A DNA stretch of 64,000 nt from Eledone cirrhosa (lineage: Eukaryota): NCBI GenBank assembly GCA_964016885.1, contig OZ024759.1, forward strand, positions 19,344,001 to 19,408,000. The letters run 5' to 3'. Positions 54,446 to 64,000 of the stretch are shown here, one piece after another. The translations under genes were made by a program, and so were the position numbers. The notes below the pieces were generated by a model. That model searched no databases and was not told the origin of the DNA. It was given only the letters and a program-made list of their open reading frames with translations. Position 1 is the first letter of the stretch. Each line of letters begins with the position of its first letter.

Positions 54446-55380
54446 GACGTCACTGGTGCCAAGTTGTATCAGCCATTGCCTTTCCCTTGGACAACATCAG
54501 TAGTGCAAAGAGGATTGGTTGGTATGCATGGGTGACTGCTGGTCTTTCACAAACAACCTTGCCTGGGCTTGTGCCTCAAAGGGGGAACTTTCTAGGTGCA
54601 AATACCATGGTCATTCGTGACTGAAGGGGGTCTTTTTTTTATATACTACTATTTGTGTATCACTACTCTACCACTGCACTGCACTGCACTGCACTATATA
54701 CGTACCTCTAGTGCAGCTCTTTACCACATTATTCTGCATCATTACTGCACCCCTGCACTGCACTATATATGTATCATTAATGCATCCCTACACAATACTA
54801 TATATATATATATGACGGCAATGAATTTGTTTTGTAAGGCTTTTGATTTGAAATCGTGTGTTGAAACAAATATATATTTGGGGAGGGTCATATTGTTATA
54901 ATATTGCCAGAAAAATATAATAAAACACACACATCTGTGACATCATCAGTGATACTATTATGTTCCCTGTGTGACAAAAGAACTTTGAGAGACGATATAT
55001 ATATATCATCATCATCATTTCATTTTACGTCCGCTTTTTCCCTGCTTGCAAGGGTGGGACGGGAACTGATTCTGGCTTGATTTCTACAGCTGGATGCCCT
55101 TCCTAACACCAACCTCATTTACAGTGAGTGCTGGGTGCTTTTTTGCCGTGGCACCTCCACGACCACTTTGCAGTGGAATGATAGGGACCCCAGTCTCTAT
55201 CATCTCATTTCTACAGCTGAGTAAACTGGAGCAATGTGAAATAAAGTGTCTTGCTCAAGGAAACAACACATCACCTGGTCTGAGAATTGAACTCACAACC
55301 TTTCGATTGCAAGGTCAATGCTCTAACCACTAAGCCATGTGCCTCCATATATATATAATAAAATAACAGGAGGCTGGACT

Positions 55381-55697
55381 GGTGTAATTCCTTAAAGGTT
55401 TATTATACTATGAACATTTCAATGACTGGGTTCAGTATGAATCCGGTGACATCATCAGTTATTCGAAATTTAACAAAGGAATATAATCTATGGGGTTGAA
55501 AAGGCAGAGAGACTTGAAGGCGGCTGACCAAAGTAGAAACTGTTAAATGTGTGGCCACCTTCTTGTCTCTCTGCCTTTTCAGCCCCATGGATTATATTCC
55601 TTTGTTAAATTTCTAATAACTGATGATGTCACCAGATTCATACTGAACCCGGTCATTGAAATGTTCATAGTATAATAAACCTTTAAGGAATTACACC
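55381..55697. mobile_element. Fold-back element with ~135-bp arms, each with an HHR-like core
   Basis: Inverted arms around a ~40-bp spacer; CTGATGA...GAAATGTTCATA at 55620-55669 and its reverse complement at 55405-55462. Confidence 0.7.
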
Positions 55698-55819
55698 ACC
55701 AACAACACGAACGAAGACGGGTGAGTTGCATTACGTTGAGTGCTCTCCCTAATATTACATCGAGGTTGACCATATGGAATGACCAGTTCTATCCAGTGGT
55801 GAACCAACAAACCTAAATG

Positions 55820-55851
<32 letters not shown>

Positions 55852-56079
55852 TATATATATTTTTTTAACTGTTGGTCAATCAATGATAAACATTGATTGC
55901 CAGCTAAATTAACTGTAGGGATATAAAAAGATACAGAAGCGAAAACCAGTCCAAACCAAACAGTGAGTGTGTTTTATTATTATTTCTGGCAATATTATAA
56001 CATATGACCCTCCCCAAATATAACAATATATATATATATCGCTACTACACTCTTCCCTGCACTATATATGCATCATTAG

Positions 56080-56850
56080 TGCTGGTGCCACAATAAAAAA
56101 CACCCAGTCCACCCTGTGATGTGGTCATGCTGGTGCCACAATAAAAAGCACCCAGTCCACCCTGTGATTTGGTCTTGTTGGTGCCACAATAAAAAGCACC
56201 CAGTCTACCCTGTGATGAGGTCATGCTGGTGCCACAATAAAAAACACCCAGTCCACCCTGTGACGTGGTCATGCTGTTGCCACAATAAAAAGCACCCAGT
56301 CCACCCTGTGATGTGGTCATGCTGGTGCCACAATAAAAAGCACCCAGTCCACCCTGTGATGTGGTCATGCTGGTGCCACAATAAAAAGCACCCAGTCCAC
56401 CCTGTGATTTGGTCTTGTTGGTGCCACAATAAAAAGCACCCAGTCTACCCTGTGATGAGGTCATGCTGGTGCCACAATAAAAAGCACCCAGTCCACCCTG
56501 TGATGTGGTCATGCTGGTGCCACAATAAAAAGCACCCAGTCCACCCTGTGATTTGGTCTTGTTGGTGCCACAATAAAAAGCACCCAGTCTACCCTGTGAT
56601 GAGGTCATGCTGGTGCCACAATAAAAAGCACCCAGTCCACCCTGTGATGTGGTCATGCTGGTGCCACAATAAAAAGCACCCAGTCCACCCTGTGATTTGG
56701 TCTTGTTGGTGCCACAATAAAAAGCACCCAGTCTATCCTGTGATGTGGTCATGCTGGTGCCGCAATAAAAAGCAGCCAGTTCACCCTGTAAAGTGGTAGT
56801 GCTGGTTCCATGATGAAAAGCACCCAGTCCACCCAGTAAGGTGGTAGTAC
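56080..56850. repeat. 48-bp minisatellite (~16 units); related units at 44855-45165, 62350-62770 and 13185-13530
   Basis: Unit GCTGGTGCCACAATAAAAAGCACCCAGTCCACCCTGTGATGTGGTCAT. Confidence 0.9.
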
Positions 56851-58145
56851 AGGAATCATAGTAACATGACTCCTAGTCCCGCTATAGCAACCGAGCTAAA
56901 AACAAAGCATATGTGTAAGGCAAGGTTACGTGACTAGTCATGCGTCATTACATGACAGACCGTCTAATCCATGCAGGCATAAACATAAAAAAATAGACAT
57001 TAAACGGTGATGGTGATGATGCTTGTCTCAGTCGTTGCAACCAGGGGTCATTGATTTGGCTTGATTACTGTGGTGGACTGGCATCCTGTCCGGGGGTGAG
57101 GGGGGGGGAGTCTTATACACACAGCTGCTTAATGCATCAGAAACCAGGATAGGCACCCACCGGCCTGATGAACCTCCAAGCTCGAGACAAACTTTAGATT
57201 CCTTTTATGACTTCACCTTTGCAGCCACATTTCTGTGGTACCACCATCACACATTTTTTATCACAGTTGCTAACCCTTAGGAGATAAAAGTAATCTGCCA
57301 AGAATTGTGACCAGCAGATAATATTAGCAATGGAAAAACCAATAGAAATATTGTTTCATTGGTCAGATCTGACAATTATCATCTTTCTTCTCATTTGCCT
57401 GGAGCTACAATCGACAGATAACATCAGTAATGCAAACATACTTCCCTCGGTTCGATCTGATGGTCGGCTTTTTTTCCTTTCTGCCAATAATTTCAACCTG
57501 CAAATACTATCAGCTATGGAAAAACCAATGGAAACATACCTCCCTTGGTCTGATCTAATGATCAGCTCCTTTCCTGTCTTCTGTTAGTTGTACCTGACAG
57601 ACAGTATCAGCAATGGAAAGACCAGTGGAAACATTGTTTCCTTGGTCTGGTTTGACAATCAGCTCCTTTCTTTTCCTTTCCTTTTTTTTTTTTTTTATTC
57701 AATGGAGGCACATGGCCTAGTGGTAAGGCTGTTGGCCTTACAATCATAATGTCATAGGTTCAATTCCTGGACTGGCTTGTGTGTTGTGTTCTTGAGCAAA
57801 GCTCTTTATTTCACATTGCTCCAGTATACTCAGCTGAAAATAAAAACCAGCATAAGCTGGAGGTTTATCCCTGTGGTAGACTGGTGATCTTTCTATGGGG
57901 AAGTCTTGTACTCTCAGTGGCTTAATGTCATGGAAACAGGGATAAGCATCGGCCTGGTGAGGCTCAGGACAGACTTTAGACCTTTTTTTTATGACTTCAC
58001 CTTTGCAACTACCGTGTCATTGCTGTGGTATCACCACTGCACCTTATGCTGCACTAATTAATACATTCTTTCAAAGCTATATACTTCTCTAAATACAGCA
58101 CCAATGCATCCAAATTGCACCTCTGCACAACTTACTTATCCATAG

Positions 58146-58277
58146 GTAGTTGCCACTGTCTCGGGGACCAGAAAAAAAAGAACACTGGCGAGTTTATTGT
58201 CAAATGATGAGAGGCAGGAGGCAAGAAGAGGAGATTGGAGCCTTGAAGAGGATCCAGATGATGACATCGTTATTCAT
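58146..58277 (+). CDS. WDR91: Probable WDR91 symmetric (phase 0-0) linker exon (VVATVSGTRKKRTLASLLSNDERQEARRGDWSLEEDPDDDIVIH)
   Basis: CATAG acceptor, 132 nt purine-rich open frame, weak CAT|GTTTGT donor. No recognisable homology. Confidence 0.55.
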
Positions 58278-58479
58278 GTTTGTAATATTCTGATCATTGT
58301 TTTGTTTTTGTTGCCTCTGATCTCATATCACTGCTTATGTATGAAATAACAAAGTCTAATCCATTTATCATAACTTTCCACTCCATCCTCTCAATTGTTG
58401 TAGTAGTTGTTGTTGTTGTTGTTTTAACCCTTTAGCATTTAAACTGGCCGTACAACAACAACTGCTTTCTCTGTAAATG

Positions 58480-58985
58480 CTTCATATGTCCATACCTGTG
58501 CAGTCTTCTCTCTTCCACACTACATCTGATTCCCCCTATGTCCAGTTTTTCTCTCACCTCACCTCATCTCATCTGTGCTATGTTATTCATGCACACTAAC
58601 AGTACATCTGCTTTCCCATACTTGCATCGGTTGGATGGGTCTTTTCTAGCACAGATTCCTTCATTCATTGTGTTCCTACATTGCCATTGCCTCTAAGCAC
58701 TTCTGGCCAAGTCTTCCTTGGTCTTCTTCTTTTCTAGCTTTCTATCCAATGGGATCTTTAGGTACTTCTTCACCCAATGATTAACATCCATACCCATTAG
58801 ACATCCATATCTGTGCAGTCTTCTCTCTTCCCCGCTACATCTGATTCCTCTTATGTCCAGTTTTTCTCTCACTTCATCTGTGCTATGTTATTCATGCACA
58901 CTAACATTACATAAGCAATGGAGCATGCTTAAGTTGTTTCTATCTAGCCTTTGCATGTCTAATGTATTCATTGCCATTGTTTCCC
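58480..58985 (-). mobile_element. RTE LINE ORF remnants
   Basis: Minus-strand GIRCSVEERRL..YGH (twice) and RRPRKTW motifs. Confidence 0.6.
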
Positions 58986-59413
58986 TACCAAGTCTCACTC
59001 AAATTACACCCTACCATCTTTAAAAAAAAACGAAAAAAAAAACACAACATTTTATGATGTAGTCTGCAGTTAACAATGTCTGGAAAAAATCCCTAGAAAA
59101 ATAATAACTGCTTTCTCTGTAAAATGTTTAGCTAAACAACTGCTTTCTCTGTAAAATGTTTAGCTAAACAACTGCTTTCTCTGTAAAATGTTTAGCTAAA
59201 CAACTGCTTTCTCTGTAAAATGTTTAGCTAAACTACAACTGCTTTCTCTGTGCAGCAAGGGTTGAAGCTGGGGGCTCTCTGGACCACTTACGTAGCTCGA
59301 CGTTGGTGACATGTTGGGAACAAAGTATTCTTTCGATCCTCCTTAAAGCCCCACTGTCAAGCCCCTGCATGTTTTCTCTGTGAATTCTTTAGCTAAACGA
59401 CTACTACTACTAC

Positions 59414-59700
59414 CAGAGGCATAACTAGGGTATAGCAAGCATGGCACATGCCATGAGCATCACATGGACTAGGCGCACCACTCGGACTAGCAGCACATTC
59501 TATTAAAGTCAAATAAGCCTCGTCGGAGAGTGAAAACAGAAACTCCTTCAGATGTATGATCTGTCTCTGATTATCATGGCTGAGAACACTATGGTGGCTG
59601 GATCATTAAAAACCATTTATATAAATTATTAGGCCCATAGGTAAAAATACAGTGCTGGGTAGGGGTGCCATAGGTGCTATTTTCTCTAGTTATGCTTCTG
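59414..59700. mobile_element. hAT-like MITE
   Basis: TIRs CAGAGGCATAACTAG / CTAGTTATGCTTCTG; TSD degenerate. Confidence 0.6.
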
Positions 59701-59769
59701 ACAACTTACATACTTGCATGTTTTCTCTATAAATTCTTCAGCTTGACAATAACAACAACTACTACTACT

Positions 59770-59812
<43 letters not shown>

Positions 59813-61113
59813 AATATTTGCATGTTTTTTCTGTAGATTCTACAGCTTGAAAACTATATGTGTCTTTAGTAGATTCTTCAGGGCCAAAACACTTGGTTGT
59901 GGTTGGGGTGAGGGTCTCTGAAGACCTGCTGTCCATATCCCCTGAGAGTTTTCTTCCACTTCAGATAGACAACAACTACAACTACTACATATTTCCATAT
60001 TTTTCTCTGTAAATTCTTCAGCTTAACAACAACTACCTCGATATATTTGCATGTTTTACTCTGTAAATGATGACATGCATTCCAGTGAAATTCTGTTATA
60101 ACAAATTCATGGGGTTTAAAAAAAAATTCTTTATAACGAGATTGACCAAAACAAATTGAGCGTTTGTTTGTTATAACATAATTTTACCTGTATATGCTAA
60201 TTCAAGCTGAACATCTAGCTTCTATCAGTTCAAAGACCAATCTGCATGGTGAAAAGTCAGATCCTACACAAGGTGCCTCTGTTAAGGCTATCATAGGATA
60301 GTCTAGCAAAACAGATCGAGTCTAGAGGAGTGAGCCTCGATAAAAACCCTGCTTGTCTCATAGTAAGCAGTAGCTCATGTGACGATCATCAGTTTCATTG
60401 GATGACCTCAGTGTTGTTGACACCAGTGGCTTCGCAGATGATCGACTAGTAATTCGGCAATTGATTGACACAACTGCTCCAGTTAGCGGAGAAATCTATG
60501 AGTATGCAGATGTGGGGTGCTGCATATATTCTAGCCATTAGAAAAAGCAAAATGAATGCTTCACCTTCGATGGAGGAATTACTAAAAACAAAAAGAAGAC
60601 TCTTTAAATTCTTCAGAGCTGAAACACTTGCTGGAGATGCAGGGGGTGGGGTCTTCTCTGAAAACCTGCTGTCCAGCTCTCTCCTGAGAGTTTCTTACCA
60701 TTTCAGCTAGACATCAACAATGACCACTACTATATACTTGCATGCTTTTCTTTCTAAATTTTTCAGCTTAACAACAACTACTTTAATATATTTGTATACT
60801 TTTCTTTCTAAATTCTTCATCTTGACAACATGTTTTTCTTTCTTTATTCTTCAGCTTGACAACAACATGTTTTTCTTTCTTTATTCTTCAGCTTGACAAC
60901 AACATGTTTTTCTTTCTTTATTCTTCAGCTTGACAACATGTTTTTCTTTCTAAGTTCTTCAGCTTGACAACAACATGTTTTTCTTTCTAAGTTCTTCAGC
61001 TTCACAACAGCTACTGCTTCTCTGCAAATTCTTGAACTAAACTACAACAATAACAATGTTTCCTCTGTAAATTCTTACCATTTAATCCCGATATATTTCT
61101 CATTGTCTTACAG

Positions 61114-61492
61114 CGACCCAGTGAAGGGGACGTCATTGCTAGCCGATACCAAGGATCCCAAAGGTTCGCCAATTTCTTCCGGAGCAGCAGCCAAGCTGAA
61201 ATCGATGTCAACTCCACATCACCAGATATACGATCGACGGGGTCGTCGCCTTCCAACTTTATGATAGGGTGTCTTAACGAGAGTCCGAGTTTCAGTTCCA
61301 ATGAGCGACAAAGTCAGAGCCAAGGTCATGTCGAAGGTCAAGGACGTTCAGGGTCAGATCCAGCTATTGCAGAGAGCACATCTTCAATATTATTTGGAGG
61401 TTTGAAGAAAGACTTGTCCGATAGTGAGACATATGGAAGATCAGACAGAATACAAACAAGCGACACAAATTTCTCAAATAATTACGTCAAAG
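61114..61492 (+). CDS. WDR91: WDR91 Ser-rich linker exon (RPSEGDVIASRYQGSQ...NNYVK)
   Basis: TTACAG acceptor in phase 0, 379 nt open, G|GTAAAT donor in phase 1, which fits the next exon. Confidence 0.8.
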
Positions 61493-62863
61493 GTAAATTT
61501 TTAATTAATTAAAAATTCCTTTATGGCAGTGGATTGGCAGAGTCGGTTGAGCGCCAGATAAAATTCTGTTGCGGTATTTGTTCTGGCTCCTTAAATTCTG
61601 AAAGCAGTGATTCTTTGTGTAAACTTTAATCTGTACAAATAATAGATATTTGCTCTACAGTTTTTATATATATATTTTATATATATAATCCTTATCGAGC
61701 CCTCTTCAGTTTTTAGTCATCATAATTATTATTACCATATATATATATATATGTAACGTGAAGGTGCATGGCTTAGTGGTTAAAGCATTGGGCTTGCAAT
61801 CGAAAGGTTGTGAGTTCAATACTCGGACCAGGTGATGTGTTGTTTCCTTGAGCAAGACACTTTATTTCACGTTGCTCCAGTTTACTCAGCTGTAGAAATG
61901 AGTACCTGCCCGCCCAGCCAGTGGGATGGCGTTATCTTATGGCTAAAACAGCACGACGTGCTGTGACCAGCGGCGCTGACTGGCGCCCGACAGACTGGTC
62001 GGTCAACGTGATCAAGGTGATATATGTAACAGAGTGTTGTAGTTTGCTTGAAGCATTGTTGAATAGGAAACACAAATGTAAATAATTTTGAAAACCATAC
62101 AATGCACTAGAAAATTAAAATTGCTAAGATAACAATAGAATCTTACGTTAACAAATTTAATAATCCCAAACATTTTCGAGTTTAAAAACCCATTATCAAA
62201 GGAGTATCTCTGTGAGACTTGAAGAATGGATCGGATGTGACTTGTGAGGAAGGTAGATTTTAGTTAAATGTAATGTAAATACATTAAAATTTCGAGTGTG
62301 CGCATTGTGAAATGTCTGGGAAAAAGTGTATGATATAAGCATGTGTGGGTTGGGTGCTTTTTGCCGTACATGACACTTTACAGTGTGGACTGGGTGCTTT
62401 TTGCCATGACACCTACACAACTACTTTACAGTGTGGACTGGGTGCTTTTTGTCATGACACCTACACGACCACTTTACAGTGTGGACTGGGTGCTTCTTGT
62501 CATGACACCTACATGACCACTTTACAGTGAATGCTGGGTGCTTTTTGTCGTGACACCTACACAACCACTTTACAGTGTGGACTGGGTGCTTCTTGTCATG
62601 AAACCTACACGACCACTTTACAGTGTGGACTGGGTGCTTTTTGTCATGACACCTACACGACCACTTTACAGTGTGGACTGGGTGCTTTTTGTCATGACAC
62701 CTACACGACCACTTTACAGTGTGGACTGGGTGCTTTTTGTCGTGACACCTACATGACCACTTTACAGTGTGGGGTGGGGGGGGGGGGGGGTGCATATTAA
62801 ACCATATATATATATATATATATAGTGTATAGTACATAAAATTATGTTCACTTTTAATTTTAG

Positions 62864-62901
62864 ATGAACCAGAAGAGTTACCATTCCTGCTGCTAAGTCA
62901 A
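62864..62901 (+). CDS. WDR91: WDR91 38-nt exon (DEPEELPFLLLSQ)
   Basis: TTTTAG acceptor, CAA|GTAAGT donor; matches vertebrate PFIVLGQ just before WD repeat 1. Confidence 0.88.
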
Positions 62902-63327
62902 GTAAGTATTGGATACTACACACCACACCACCACCTCACCTAGCCATCACACTACCACACCACCACACTACACCACACCACCACCACACCACCACCACAA
63001 CACACCCCACCACACAGCATTACACCACCCCACCCAGCCATCACATCACCACAATATACCATCACACTACACCACCACCACACCACTCTACAACACCACA
63101 CCACACCACCCCACCTCTACACCCAGCCAACACATCACCACAATATACCACCACACTACATCACCACCACAGCACTATACCACAGCATTACACTACACCA
63201 CCACCCCACAACAGCACTACACCACCCCACCCAGCCATCAAACCACCACACCACCACCACACCCCACCACAACACTACACCACCCCACCCAGCCACCATT
63301 TTCTCAACTTCCTATCATTTTATTCAG

Positions 63328-63422
63328 GAAGAATATGGAGAACATAGGTCTGGCATCTGTTATTGTCGCTTTAGCAATTCTGGCCAGTATGTGGCCAGCC
63401 TGGACGCTGATGGAGTGGTCAA
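63328..63422 (+). CDS. WDR91: WDR91 first WD40 exon ([32 protein letters not shown]); gene continues beyond the window
   Basis: TTCAG acceptor, AA|GTGAGT donor; matches EEYGEH...VASLD.DGV.K of WDR91. Confidence 0.93.
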
Positions 63423-63614
63423 GTGAGTAGATACTCTATCTTTCTCTCTATCTTTCTCTCTCTCTCTATCTCTCTGTCTCTCTGTCTCTCTCTCTGTCTC
63501 TGTCTCTCGCTCTCTATCTCTGTCTCTCTCTCTATTCTCTATCTCTCTCTCTATTCTCTATTTTTCTCTGTCTCTCTCTATCTCTGTCTCTGTCTCTCTC
63601 TCTCTATCTATCTT

Positions 63615-63671
<57 letters not shown>

Positions 63672-63714
63672 CTCTCTCTCTCTGTCTCTCTCTCTCTGTC
63701 TCTCTCTGTCTCTC

Positions 63715-63763
<49 letters not shown>

Positions 63764-64000
63764 CCCTCTCTGTCTCTATCTCTGTTTCTCTCTCTCTATC
63801 TATCTCTGTCTCTCTCTTTATCTCTGTCTCTCTCTCTTTTGTGTATGTGTGATTATATGTATGTATGGCTGCATATGTCTGGTTATGTTTGTGTGTGTGT
63901 GTATGTGTGTGTGTGTGTGTGTGTGTGAGTATATGTATGTATGGCTGCATATGTGTGGTTATGTGTGTGTGTGTGTGAGTATGTGTATGTATGGTTGCAT

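Noticed and set aside
56045-56799. Cys/Trp/His-rich repeat proteins
   Set aside because: 48-bp minisatellite related to retroelement tails.
60245-60460. Possible reverse transcriptase remnant (GFADD)
   Set aside because: Only one short motif in a broken frame; too weak to call without a search.

Overview
Repeat-rich animal genomic DNA, most likely an octopus or other coleoid cephalopod (inferred from the SINE/RTE repeat types and very high microsatellite density). Two spliced genes lie head-to-head. The first is a complete 5-exon glycine N-acyltransferase-like (GLYAT/GNAT family) gene on the minus strand (17982->2832, 294 aa). The second is the 5' part of WDR91 on the plus strand (ATG 32538, running off the window), which contains a clear minor-spliceosome U12 AT-AC intron (38287-38950). 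Almost all long ORFs in the track are artefacts of microsatellites or satellites. The most interesting non-genic signal is a hammerhead-ribozyme (HHR) retroelement system. It comprises (i) a near-identical 310-bp tandem array with an internal inversion (22952-24903), each unit carrying a minimal type I HHR (retrozyme or Penelope pLTR-like); (ii) several other sequence families of HHR-bearing fold-back elements, mostly next to (TA)n tracts; and (iii) a decayed Penelope GIY-YIG endonuclease fragment. The window also holds tRNA-derived SINEs, RTE and Tx1-like LINE remnants, hAT, piggyBac and Tc1-like MITEs, and several minisatellites. All coordinates and alignments were read by eye.
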